Below, piece after piece: positions 20,602-29,476 of a DNA stretch of 64,000 nucleotides. Position 1 is the stretch's first letter. Each line of letters starts with the position of its first letter. The notes under the pieces are model-generated. The model was not told the DNA's origin, ran no database searches, and saw only the letters and a list, made by a program, of their open reading frames with translations. The position numbers were made by a program, and so were the translations under genes. Source of the stretch: Candidatus Saccharimonadales bacterium (GTDB lineage Bacteria; Patescibacteriota; Saccharimonadia; Saccharimonadales; DASZAF01); contig DATIIB010000009.1 of the NCBI GenBank assembly GCA_035480055.1, positions 277,068-341,067 of the forward strand, read 5' to 3'.

Positions 20602-23193
20602 ATGAAACCAGATAGCTTTACGCAACACGTTATGGAAGCGCTCAATGCCGCAGTCGAGTTGGCGGCCAGTCAGCGCCATCAAGAACTCACCGTGTGGCAT
20701 TTACTCCGTACATTAAGCGCGCAGACCGATACAGCATTTGTGGGTTTATTGCAGCGTAGCGGTGTTGAAATGCAAAAGTTCCAAGACTACATTGATGCAC
20801 AGCTCAAGGCACTACCCCACATTTCTGAACCACTCTCGCCCGAACAAGTTCGCCCCAGCAGCGAGCTCATCCATGTGCTCTATGGCGCTGAAAAAGAAAT
20901 GAAAGCCCTTGGCGATAGCTATGTCAGCACCGAGCATATTTTGCTTGCGGCGCTTGCAGATCATGTGCCAGCCGCGTTGTGGCAGCAGTTTCCACTGAAC
21001 GCCCAAGCGGTTCGCAATAATGTTGATAGCGTGAGAGGAGGAGCCAAAGTGAACGACCAAACGCCTGAAAACAAGATGAACACACTGCAAAAATACGGCC
21101 AAGACTTTACCGCCCTGGCGTCAGGCGGCAAACTTGATCCGGTCATTGGCCGCGACGAAGAAATCCGCCGCGTCATGCAAGTGCTCAGCCGTCGCACCAA
21201 AAATAATCCCGTCCTGATTGGCGAGCCAGGCGTGGGCAAAACAGCGATCGTCGAAGGCCTGGCGCAGCGCATCGTGAATGGCGATGTGCCAACCACACTC
21301 AAAAACAAACGGCTGGTCGCGCTCGAAATCGGCTCGCTGCTCGCTGGCGCCAAGTTCCGCGGCGAGTTCGAGGAACGTCTGAAAGCGGTGCTCGATGAAG
21401 TCGAAAAAAGCGACGGCCAGATCATTCTCTTTATCGATGAGCTCCACACCATTGTGGGTGCGGGCGGGGCAGAAGGGGCAGTCGACGCCGCCAATATGCT
21501 CAAGCCACTTCTGGCACGCGGCAAGCTTCACCTTATCGGCGCCACCACCCTCAATGAATACCGCCAGCAGATTGAAAAAGACGCAGCGCTTGAACGTCGT
21601 TTTCAACCCGTGTATGTCGAGCAGCCAAGCGTTGAGGATACGCTGACTATCCTTCGCGGGCTGCAGGAAAAGTACGAGGTGCATCACGGCGTAAAGATTA
21701 CCGACGACGCCCTGGTTGCGGCAGCACGGCTGAGTGATCGCTACATTACCGAGCGCTTTTTACCAGACAAAGCGGTGGACCTGATCGATGAAGCCACCTC
21801 TAGCCTCAAGATTGAAATCGATAGCATGCCAACCGAGTTGGATCGACTCAAGCGCCGCATCACGCAACTAGAGATCGAAAAAGCCAGCCTCGCCAAAGAT
21901 AAGTCCGATTCAGCCAAAGCGCGCAAAAAAGAGATCGACAGCGAGATCGCCAATCTTAAAGAAACCTCCAGCGGTATGGAACAACAGTGGCAGCGCGAGA
22001 AAGAATTGATTGATCAACTGAACGAAACTTCTGAAAAAATCGAGCAGCTTCGCACCGAGAGCGACAGTGCCGAACGTGCTGGTGACCTGGGCCGAGTAGC
22101 CGAGATTCAATATGGCGCGATCCCTGAGCTCGAAAAGAAGGCTGCCGACGTGCGCCAAAAGATCAATGCCATACCGGCCGACCAGCGTTTGCTCCGCGAA
22201 GAGGTCACGGCTGAGGATATCGCGGCAGTGGTCAGTCGGTGGACCGGCATTCCAACCACTCGGCTGATGGAAAGCGAATCGCACAAGCTCAGCCATCTTG
22301 AAGAAGAACTTGGCAAACGGGTGATTGGCCAGCAAGAAGCAATCACTGCGGTGGCCAACGCCATTCGCCGGTCGCGGGCTGGCATTGCTGATCGTAATCG
22401 GCCGATTGGCTCGTTCCTGTTTCTTGGACCAACTGGCGTTGGGAAGACCGAACTGTCTAAAGCCCTGGCCGAACAACTCTTTAATGACGAACGCGCCATG
22501 GTCCGCATCGACATGAGCGAATACATGGAACAACACGCTGTCGCACGGTTGATTGGGTCGCCACCAGGTTATGTGGGTTACGAACAAGGTGGGCAGCTCA
22601 CCGAAGCCGTTCGCCGCCGGCCCTATGCGGTTATTCTGTTTGATGAAATCGAAAAAGCGCACCCCGAGGTCTTTAATATTCTGCTGCAAGTCCTGGATGA
22701 CGGCCGCTTAACCGATGGCCAAGGCCGGACGGTTAACTTCACCAACACGATTATCATCATGACCAGCAATATGGGCAGCGAACTGATTCAGCAATGGGAC
22801 GGCAAGGACGAGAATGCACTGTATAGCCAGGTTATGGAAGCGGTGCGCAGCGAACTTCGCCCTGAATTTATCAACCGCATCGACGATATTGTGTTGTTTC
22901 ACCGCATCAGCAAAGAGTTGATGGCCAAGATTGTGGACATTCAACTGCGCACCACCGCTGAGCGACTAAAGGAGAACAAAAATATCACTTTGGAGGTCGA
23001 CGAAAACGTCGAGCACCTACTGGCCGAAGAGGGCTATGACCCGGCGTTTGGTGCTCGGCCGCTTGGACGACTCATTCAGCAGAAAATCCTTGACCCACTA
23101 GCCATGGAGATCGTAGACGGCAAAGTTACCGATGGTGATCACATCCGGGTAGAAATTGGGTCGAGCGAGATGATCGAGTTTGCCAAAAAATAG
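20602..23193 (+). CDS. clpB: ATP-dependent chaperone ClpB
   Basis: 863 aa. Two AAA+ modules (GEPGVGKT and GPTGVGKT) are separated by a long coiled-coil middle domain. Clp_N repeats at the N-terminus. Confidence 0.97.
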   Translation: MKPDSFTQHVMEALNAAVELAASQRHQELTVWHLLRTLSAQTDTAFVGLLQRSGVEMQKFQDYIDAQLKALPHISEPLSPEQVRPSSELIHVLYGAEKEMKALGDSYVSTEHILLAALADHVPAALWQQFPLNAQAVRNNVDSVRGGAKVNDQTPENKMNTLQKYGQDFTALASGGKLDPVIGRDEEIRRVMQVLSRRTKNNPVLIGEPGVGKTAIVEGLAQRIVNGDVPTTLKNKRLVALEIGSLLAGAKFRGEFEERLKAVLDEVEKSDGQIILFIDELHTIVGAGGAEGAVDAANMLKPLLARGKLHLIGATTLNEYRQQIEKDAALERRFQPVYVEQPSVEDTLTILRGLQEKYEVHHGVKITDDALVAAARLSDRYITERFLPDKAVDLIDEATSSLKIEIDSMPTELDRLKRRITQLEIEKASLAKDKSDSAKARKKEIDSEIANLKETSSGMEQQWQREKELIDQLNETSEKIEQLRTESDSAERAGDLGRVAEIQYGAIPELEKKAADVRQKINAIPADQRLLREEVTAEDIAAVVSRWTGIPTTRLMESESHKLSHLEEELGKRVIGQQEAITAVANAIRRSRAGIADRNRPIGSFLFLGPTGVGKTELSKALAEQLFNDERAMVRIDMSEYMEQHAVARLIGSPPGYVGYEQGGQLTEAVRRRPYAVILFDEIEKAHPEVFNILLQVLDDGRLTDGQGRTVNFTNTIIIMTSNMGSELIQQWDGKDENALYSQVMEAVRSELRPEFINRIDDIVLFHRISKELMAKIVDIQLRTTAERLKENKNITLEVDENVEHLLAEEGYDPAFGARPLGRLIQQKILDPLAMEIVDGKVTDGDHIRVEIGSSEMIEFAKK

Positions 23194-23230
23194 CCTCGAC
23201 CAAGCATAACCATTGTGTATAATAGCCAGC

Positions 23231-23800
23231 GTGAAACTGAAGAAACGTCAGATTCGATTGCTGGTAACGCTGCTGATTGCGGCCTTGGGTGCACTGAGTG
23301 TGCTCACCACGCCTGCCAAGCAACAAATTACCCAGGCTGTTCAAACCCAAAACCCCGGATTATACCAAGTGGATCACGCGGTGGATGGTGATACCATTGT
23401 GGTTAAAAGTGGCGACAAGACCGAGACCGTCCGCTTTATCGGCGTGGACACACCAGAAGAAAAAGACCGCCGCAAACCTGTTCAATGTTATGCGCAGCAA
23501 GCTGCTGATTTTACCAAGCAACAGGTTGAAAATCACCAAGTCCGGCTCGAGGCCGACTCGCAAGGCGACAATCGCGACCGCTACGGCCGAATGCTTCGAT
23601 ATGTCTACCTGAGTGATGGTACCTTGCTCAATAAAAAGCTAGTGGAAGACGGCTACGGCTTCGCCATGACCGGCTTTCCTTTTAGCAAAATGAGCGAGTT
23701 CCAGGCCGCTGGCCAGCAAGCCCAGGCCCAGCGCAAAGGCGCGTGGGGCAGTTGCACCATCAGCATGGCCACCGGCTATCCGCAAACCAACCCGCTCTAA
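23231..23800 (+). CDS. membrane-anchored/secreted thermonuclease (SNase-like)
   Basis: ORF 23213..23800. N-terminal hydrophobic anchor LLVTLLIAALGAL. DGDTIVV...VRFIGVDTPE...RYGRMLRYVY motifs of staphylococcal nuclease homologues. The start codon is uncertain (GTG 23231 or TTG 23213). Confidence 0.8.
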   Translation: MKLKKRQIRLLVTLLIAALGALSVLTTPAKQQITQAVQTQNPGLYQVDHAVDGDTIVVKSGDKTETVRFIGVDTPEEKDRRKPVQCYAQQAADFTKQQVENHQVRLEADSQGDNRDRYGRMLRYVYLSDGTLLNKKLVEDGYGFAMTGFPFSKMSEFQAAGQQAQAQRKGAWGSCTISMATGYPQTNPL

Positions 23801-24642
23801 CTGAGCGGACTTTTGCGCGGCGCGGGTCTGGCAAAAAGCATTTTGGTAAGCGAAAGCTGCTTGGTGCGGGGGTTATACCCTCGGTGAATGGCTCGCAAGG
23901 GTAGATGGGTGAGGATCAGAAGGCTCGCAATAAACACCGAACTGTGCAGCCGTTTAATATGGTGCACCTTATACGTGCGAATGTTGCCCATGGCATAGGT
24001 GTAAATATCTTTGAAAGAATCATCCAACCGGCGCGCCGACACAGCAACCACCAATCGGGGAGCATAAAAAACCTTTTGCCCAGCACGACGCAAATGGACC
24101 GCAATATCCAAATCTTCGTGCACGCCATTTCGCAAACATAGCGTGTCGCGTATCTGCCGCCAGGCGGTCGCTCGAATGGCCATATTGGAGCCGTTCAAAA
24201 AAGTGGCATCCTCTTTTTTAACCACGGTCAAAGCCCGAAGCACGCGATCCACTCTGTTAAAAAATGCCGGCAGATCATAATATCGGACAGCGCCAGTGGT
24301 GGCCACAATTGGCTCATGTGCGAAAATGCGGTGAAGCTCAGCGACCCAGCTGGGCGAGACGTGGGTATCAGCATCAATCCGCCCAATCACGTCGCCCGTT
24401 GCCGCATCAAAACCAGTGGTGCGTGCAAAAACAACGCCAGATTTGGGTTCGTTTAAAATGGTAATTGCATGCGTCTTGGCATAGTCGGCCAAAATATTAC
24501 CTGTGCCATCGGTTGAAGCATTATCTACAACAATAATCTCATCAGCAGGCACGGTCTGCGCTGCGAGCGCGTCCAAACAAGGAATAATTGCGTCCGCTTC
24601 ATTGTACACAGGAATAACGACAGAAACTTTCAGTTTGGGCAT
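23797..24642 (-). CDS. glycosyltransferase family 2 protein
   Basis: 281 aa. VSVVIPVYNE ... IIVVDNASTDGT ... DAD motif region. Confidence 0.85.
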   Translation of the reverse strand: MPKLKVSVVIPVYNEADAIIPCLDALAAQTVPADEIIVVDNASTDGTGNILADYAKTHAITILNEPKSGVVFARTTGFDAATGDVIGRIDADTHVSPSWVAELHRIFAHEPIVATTGAVRYYDLPAFFNRVDRVLRALTVVKKEDATFLNGSNMAIRATAWRQIRDTLCLRNGVHEDLDIAVHLRRAGQKVFYAPRLVVAVSARRLDDSFKDIYTYAMGNIRTYKVHHIKRLHSSVFIASLLILTHLPLRAIHRGYNPRTKQLSLTKMLFARPAPRKSPLS

Positions 24643-24681
24643 ACCTAAAGTAAGTATATACTAAGGGCAAGGTTTAGCAGT

Positions 24682-25788
24682 ATGAAGCACCAATTACACC
24701 CCAAACTCCATCGTTTTATGTTGAAGCTCCGTCGCATCTGGCGGTGGACAATGCACCACAAAAAGCGGATCTTGCTTATTATTCTGGCCCTTATCGCCGC
24801 CTGGTTTATCTTTGCCGTGAGCGTGGCCATGTGGTATCAACACAAACACCGTCATGACCGCTTTGAACCTGGCGTCAGTTTTTCGGAAAAGTATGCCAAA
24901 GAGCTCGGCGTGGATTGGCAAGCCAATTACACTGCGCTGCTGGATGATGCGGGCTTTAAATATGTCCGCCTGATGAGCTACTGGGACGATACCGAACCGC
25001 AGCCGGGTCAATACTCCTTTGGCGATTTGGATTGGCAAATGGATCAAGCTGCGAAGCGCGGGGTAAAAGTTACGCTGACCCTGGGTCGTCGCCAACCGCG
25101 TTGGCCAGAATGCCACCAGCCACAATGGGTTGACCAACTGAGCCAAGCGAATCAAGATATTGAGCTAATGAAGTTTCTTCACGCAGTTGTCGATCGCTAC
25201 AAAAACAATCCAGCCTTGGAAAGCTACCAGCTGGAAAACGAAATCGCTAACCGGCTATTTGCTCCGCAATGCCATACTTTTGAACGAGCAGTCCTGTGGC
25301 AAGAGTACAACACAGTCAAGCAACTCGATTCCAAGCATCCTCTTGTTATCAACGTCAGCAACCAATCTGGCATTCCGGTCCGCGGACCGATTGGTGACAA
25401 GGTCGGCTTTTCGATCTACAACATCGCTTTTGCCCGGTTCGGTCCATTCGGTTACTATTGGTCGTTCGGGTGGGTACCCGCTTGGTGGCATTCCTACCGC
25501 GCAGGTTTAATTGAGCTATTTGAACATAAATCAACCTTTATTCACGAGCTCCAAGCTGAACCATGGGGCCCAGCGGCAACCAAAGATTTGTCGCTGGAAG
25601 AGCAAAATCGCAGCATGAGCCCGGACCGTATTCGTCAGCAAGTGGCCTATGGCAAAAAAATCGGCATGGAACGCATGTACCTCTGGGGAGGCGAGTGGTG
25701 GTACTGGCGCAAGACGCAGTTTAATGATCCATCGCTGTGGGATACGGTGAAGCAGGTGACTGCTGAGCAGCAAAAGGGAAGCCGCTAA
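24682..25788 (+). CDS. membrane-anchored glycoside hydrolase, clan GH-A TIM barrel (GH42/GH5-like)
   Basis: 368 aa. N-terminal TM helix. W..TEPQPGQYSF..LDWQMD pattern and QLENE (acid/base Glu). The exact family was not determined. Confidence 0.6.
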   Translation: MKHQLHPKLHRFMLKLRRIWRWTMHHKKRILLIILALIAAWFIFAVSVAMWYQHKHRHDRFEPGVSFSEKYAKELGVDWQANYTALLDDAGFKYVRLMSYWDDTEPQPGQYSFGDLDWQMDQAAKRGVKVTLTLGRRQPRWPECHQPQWVDQLSQANQDIELMKFLHAVVDRYKNNPALESYQLENEIANRLFAPQCHTFERAVLWQEYNTVKQLDSKHPLVINVSNQSGIPVRGPIGDKVGFSIYNIAFARFGPFGYYWSFGWVPAWWHSYRAGLIELFEHKSTFIHELQAEPWGPAATKDLSLEEQNRSMSPDRIRQQVAYGKKIGMERMYLWGGEWWYWRKTQFNDPSLWDTVKQVTAEQQKGSR

Positions 25789-25801
25789 GAAGATTTTACT
25801 A

Positions 25802-25807
25802 TATAAT
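25802..25807 (+). promoter_or_regulatory. -10 box TATAAT 7 nt upstream of the nfo ATG (leaderless-type arrangement)
   Basis: ctaTATAATatcctctATG; there is no SD sequence between the box and the start codon. Confidence 0.45.
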
Positions 25808-25814
25808 ATCCTCT

Positions 25815-26657
25815 ATGCGATTAGGCGCCCACCTTTCCACTGCTGGTAATTTGCTCAAGCTGCCCGAACGCGCCCACGAGATGGGTTGTGAAGTGGTGCA
25901 GTTTTTTGCCGGCAGCCCCCGAACTTGGAAGCAAAAGGTTTACACCGTTGAAGAAGGCGAACAGTTTTTTGCAGCCTGCACGGCAAATAATATTACGCCG
26001 TTTATTCACATGCTGTATCTGACCAGTTACGGCACCACCAATAAAGAGCTGCGCCAAAAGTCGATCGATGGCCTGGGCAAAATGCTCATCACCGCCGATA
26101 CCCTCGGTTGCGTAGGTGTCATTACCCATCTTGGTTCACACAACGGCGACGGCGCTGAGAGCCGCGTCCAGGCCATGGCCGACGGGTTGGTCGAGGCAAT
26201 CACCCAAAGCGGCGAAGGCAAGAGCTTTGCCATTTTGGAAAATTCCGCTGGCGCCGGCGGCAATATGGGCAACAGTCTGGAAGAGCTGGCTGATATTTAT
26301 GAACGCACCGGCCGCCATCCACGCATTAAATTCTGTTTGGACACCGCGCATTTAATTGGCTCAGGGATTGAGTTCCGCACGCCTGAGGCACTCGAGGCTT
26401 TGCTTACCAAGTTCGATACCTTAATTGGGTTACAAAATCTTGTGGCGTTTCACCTGAATGATTCCAAAGCCGATCTTGGCAGCCGCAAAGATCGCCACGA
26501 AAACATCGGTTTGGGCTTTGTCGGCGACGCCGGCTTCAAACCGCTCCTGACACACCCCAAGCTCAAAGACATCGCTGGTATCGCCGAAGTGCCTGGCCTG
26601 GACAACAAGGGACCGGACAAGCCAAACCTTGATCGGTTGAAGAAGATCGCGAGCTAG
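25815..26657 (+). CDS. nfo: deoxyribonuclease IV (endonuclease IV)
   Basis: 280 aa Xyl-isomerase-like TIM barrel. MRLGAHLS start, VITHLGSH, ILENSAG, CLDTAHL and HLNDSK metal-binding motifs. Confidence 0.9.
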   Translation: MRLGAHLSTAGNLLKLPERAHEMGCEVVQFFAGSPRTWKQKVYTVEEGEQFFAACTANNITPFIHMLYLTSYGTTNKELRQKSIDGLGKMLITADTLGCVGVITHLGSHNGDGAESRVQAMADGLVEAITQSGEGKSFAILENSAGAGGNMGNSLEELADIYERTGRHPRIKFCLDTAHLIGSGIEFRTPEALEALLTKFDTLIGLQNLVAFHLNDSKADLGSRKDRHENIGLGFVGDAGFKPLLTHPKLKDIAGIAEVPGLDNKGPDKPNLDRLKKIAS

Positions 26658-26692
26658 GTCCACCGAAGACAGTTTTCGGGTACAATAGAATC

Positions 26693-27166
26693 ATGAAACA
26701 AGCAACCTTACTTTTCCTTGTCCAAGATGACCAAATTTTGCTCGCGATGAAAAAGCGTGGCTTTGGCGTTAATCGCTATAATGGCGTGGGCGGCAAGATT
26801 GAACCAGGTGAGTCGATCATGGAGGCTGCTATTCGCGAATGCCAGGAAGAAATTGGCGTCACCCCGATCGCCCCAATAAAGGTAGCCCGACTAACCTTTA
26901 AAAACCAGGAGGAAGAAGAGAAAGGCATGCTGGTGCATGTTTTTGTGGCGCATGAGTGGGAAGGGCAGCCCGAAGAAAGCGAAGAGATGGCGCCGGAATG
27001 GTTTTACATGGACATGATTCCATATGACAAAATGTGGACCGACGACGCGCACTGGCTGCCGCATGTTTTGGAAGGCAATGGCGTCATTGCCAGTTTCACT
27101 TTTGATAAAGATGACGAGATTCTGCAGCACGACCTTTCGGTAGTTGATGTCGAGCGCATAGAATGA
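26693..27166 (+). CDS. NUDIX hydrolase (MutT/8-oxo-dGTP diphosphatase-like)
   Basis: 157 aa. Nudix box GGKIEPGESIMEAAIRECQEEIGV. TACAAT lies 6 nt upstream of the ATG. Confidence 0.85.
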   Translation: MKQATLLFLVQDDQILLAMKKRGFGVNRYNGVGGKIEPGESIMEAAIRECQEEIGVTPIAPIKVARLTFKNQEEEEKGMLVHVFVAHEWEGQPEESEEMAPEWFYMDMIPYDKMWTDDAHWLPHVLEGNGVIASFTFDKDDEILQHDLSVVDVERIE

Positions 27167-27951
27167 AGCCGACCTATTGGCATACTCAGGATGCGGCAAT
27201 GCCGCTCTTTCCAAACATCGAATGGAGCAAGCCTGAGCAAAAAAGCTTGGCCGGCAAGCTGCTGATTGTTGGTGGCAACAAACTCGGCTTTGCGGCAGTC
27301 GCCGCGGCGTACGAAGCGGTACAGGCCGCCGGAATAGGGCAGTGCCGTGTGGTGCTACCAGATGTGTTAAAGAAAGCTCTTGTCTCTAGCACATTCGACT
27401 GCGTGTTTGCCGCCAGCAATCCTTCGGGAGGTTTCAGCAAAGAAGCGATCAATGAGCTCAAAGCCTACATGGCGTGGGCCGACGGTGTGTTATTCATTGG
27501 CGAAAGCGGACGCAATGCCGAAACAGCGATTGCCTACGAACAGCTCATGACTATCGACCGGCATATCGTGCTTACCCGCGATGCGCTTGACTTGGTGCGG
27601 CACCAAGCCAGCAGCTGGCTCGAAAATCCTCAATTATGCGCCATCGCCACCTTTGCGCAGCTGCAAAAGCTGTTCCAAGAAGTGCACTATCCCAAAATGC
27701 TGCTGTTCCGGATGCAGCTTGCCCAACTGGTGGAAGCGCTCCACAAATTTACGATTACTTATCCGGCCAAAATTGTCACGCTCCATCAAGGCCACTTACT
27801 GGTTGCGCATAATGGCGAGGTGAGCACCACGCCGTGCGAAGACAATCTGGTTATCTGGCGCGGGCTGATCGCCTCGCGCGCCGCAGTCTACCTGGTGCAG
27901 CACCCGCACCAACCATTCGAGGCGCTCAGCGCAGCGATGCTTCCCAAATAG
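27163..27951 (+). CDS. hypothetical protein, divergent YjeF_C / NAD(P)HX-dehydratase-like (carbohydrate kinase fold)
   Basis: 262 aa. GKLLIVGGNKLGFAAVAAAYEAVQAAGIG resembles the N-terminal signature of ADP-dependent NAD(P)HX dehydratases. The C-terminal GxGD motif was not seen. Confidence 0.4.
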   Translation: MKPTYWHTQDAAMPLFPNIEWSKPEQKSLAGKLLIVGGNKLGFAAVAAAYEAVQAAGIGQCRVVLPDVLKKALVSSTFDCVFAASNPSGGFSKEAINELKAYMAWADGVLFIGESGRNAETAIAYEQLMTIDRHIVLTRDALDLVRHQASSWLENPQLCAIATFAQLQKLFQEVHYPKMLLFRMQLAQLVEALHKFTITYPAKIVTLHQGHLLVAHNGEVSTTPCEDNLVIWRGLIASRAAVYLVQHPHQPFEALSAAMLPK

Positions 27952-28013
27952 CTACGAAGGGTCACTACGGGTACTATTTGCCATTGAGCCGACGGATTAA
28001 GCGCTACACAAAT

Positions 28014-28058
28014 CACCAATCTAAAACCAGGCCATGAAGACCTGGTTTTAGATTGGTG
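28014..28058. repeat. perfect 18 bp inverted repeat (hairpin) overlapping the 3' CCA end of tRNA-Leu; possible bidirectional terminator/processing hairpin
   Basis: CACCAATCTAAAACCAGG-ccatgaaga-CCTGGTTTTAGATTGGTG. The right arm includes TGGTG, the complement of the tRNA 3' end CACCA. Confidence 0.6.
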
Positions 28059-28140
28059 CCGGAGGAGGGACTTGAACCCTCACGAGCTAATGCTCACGGG
28101 ATTTTGAGTCCCGCGTGTCTGCCAATTCCACCACTCCGGC
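28054..28140 (-). tRNA. tRNA-Leu (anticodon CAA)
   Basis: Reverse complement: GCCGGAGTGGTGGAATTGGCAGACACGCGGGACTCAAAATCCCGTGAGCATTAGCTCGTGAGGGTTCAAGTCCCTCCTCCGGCACCA. Type II tRNA with a long variable arm and anticodon loop CTCAAAA. Confidence 0.9.
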
Positions 28141-28190
28141 ATGGCGTTTTATGACCCGTATTGTACACTATAAGAGACGATACTACCACC

Positions 28191-29444
28191 ATGAACAAGC
28201 GAGATTACTTTCTTCCCTCTCGGCCAACCCCCAAACGGCATCATCAGCCAGCGACGCATCAACAAGCCGCGGCTGATTATCTGCGCCAACAAGTAGCCCA
28301 AATTTATGGCGACGACGACACTCAGACGCCTGAGGTAAAGACAACGCTCGAGCAACCGGCGCAACATGCCTCGACCGCAGCGCCGCAAACCTATGCTCAC
28401 ACGTATCAGGCCGAAAGCAAGCCCTACGATTGGCAAACCTACCACACTGCCTGGCAAAATTATTACCGACAGTATTACGAACGTTATTATCTGCAGCAAG
28501 CCAGTCAACAGCGTCAAATCGCTGCTCCTGCTGAATCTGCTGCGCCACAGCCAGCTCAAACTGCCGAGGCCAAACCTCAACCCATCCAATCCAATCCTTA
28601 CGAAACGATCTCCCAAACCCTCGGTGGCAGCGTTACCCCAGAAGCAACTACGGGCAATCAAAAGGCGGTCCAAGCGCTCAAAACAAAATTGCTCGGCACA
28701 GTAGGGGAGCGAGCCAAAAAAGCCAAAGCCAGCCCGCATTTTATGCCACTCATTACCGCCATCGTGGTGGGCTTGCTCTTTTTGTTTCTGCAGTTCAACC
28801 GAACCTTGGTGGCTCAAGCCAAATATTTCATCAGCCCAGGCACGCTCACCAACGACAGTAGCTCGATTATTATCAACCCGAGCACCGTGGCGAGCGTAGG
28901 CCAAGACCCGCGGATCATCATTCCCAAAATCAATGTGGATGTGCCGGTAGTTTACGACGAGCCTTCGTACGACGATAAAAAAATCCAGAAAGCCTTGCAA
29001 CGCGGCGTTGTCCATTATGGCACCTCTGCCGTACCTGGGCAGTCGGGCAATGACGTGATTGTGGGCCACTCCAGCAATGACTTGTTCGACCCAGGCGGCT
29101 ATAAATTTGCGTTTGTACTGATTGATCACCTCAACAATGGCGATATCTTTATGCTCAACTACCAGGGGAAGCGGTACGTGTACAAGGTGTACAACAAAGC
29201 GGTTATCTCGCCGACCGATTTCTCGTTAATTAATATCAATCCCGATAAACCGGTCGTCACGTTGATCACCTGCACGCCTCCTGGCACTGCGCTGAAGCGT
29301 CTCGTCGTCCAGGCGGAGCAGATTAGCCCTGATCCCGATCAGAGCCAAGTCGCCAGCTCTACGCCGCCACAGGCTGCTTCGCTGCCGTCCACTATTCCGG
29401 GCAACTCACCAACACTTTTAGAGCGATTTAAGAAGTTGTTTTAA
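28191..29444 (+). CDS. sortase (class E-like) with long N-terminal low-complexity extension
   Basis: ORF 28161..29444; likely start is MNKRDYF. TM helix LITAIVVGLLFLFL. Catalytic motifs VIVGHSS and TLITCTPPG, and R in LKRLVV. Confidence 0.85.
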   Translation: MNKRDYFLPSRPTPKRHHQPATHQQAAADYLRQQVAQIYGDDDTQTPEVKTTLEQPAQHASTAAPQTYAHTYQAESKPYDWQTYHTAWQNYYRQYYERYYLQQASQQRQIAAPAESAAPQPAQTAEAKPQPIQSNPYETISQTLGGSVTPEATTGNQKAVQALKTKLLGTVGERAKKAKASPHFMPLITAIVVGLLFLFLQFNRTLVAQAKYFISPGTLTNDSSSIIINPSTVASVGQDPRIIIPKINVDVPVVYDEPSYDDKKIQKALQRGVVHYGTSAVPGQSGNDVIVGHSSNDLFDPGGYKFAFVLIDHLNNGDIFMLNYQGKRYVYKVYNKAVISPTDFSLININPDKPVVTLITCTPPGTALKRLVVQAEQISPDPDQSQVASSTPPQAASLPSTIPGNSPTLLERFKKLF

Positions 29445-29476
29445 CCTTACATCGTTAACTTATTGAGTGGTTACGA

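Noticed and set aside
20812-22944. Multiple 70-260 aa antisense or off-frame ORFs inside clpB (e.g. 21910..22689 -, 21121..21687 -)
   Set aside because: They lie entirely within a highly conserved gene on the other strand or frame and have low-complexity Arg/Ser/Ala-rich translations.
28191-28760. Possible DNA-level tandem repeat or CRISPR-like periodicity in the Gln/Tyr-rich region of the sortase gene
   Set aside because: The repetition is compositional at the protein level only. I found no regularly spaced identical DNA repeats here or elsewhere in the window.
28149-29129. 326 aa minus-strand ORF antisense to the sortase gene
   Set aside because: The plus-strand frame carries clear sortase motifs (TLITC, VGHS). 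The antisense ORF is Arg/Leu/Gly-rich with no motifs, a typical shadow ORF.
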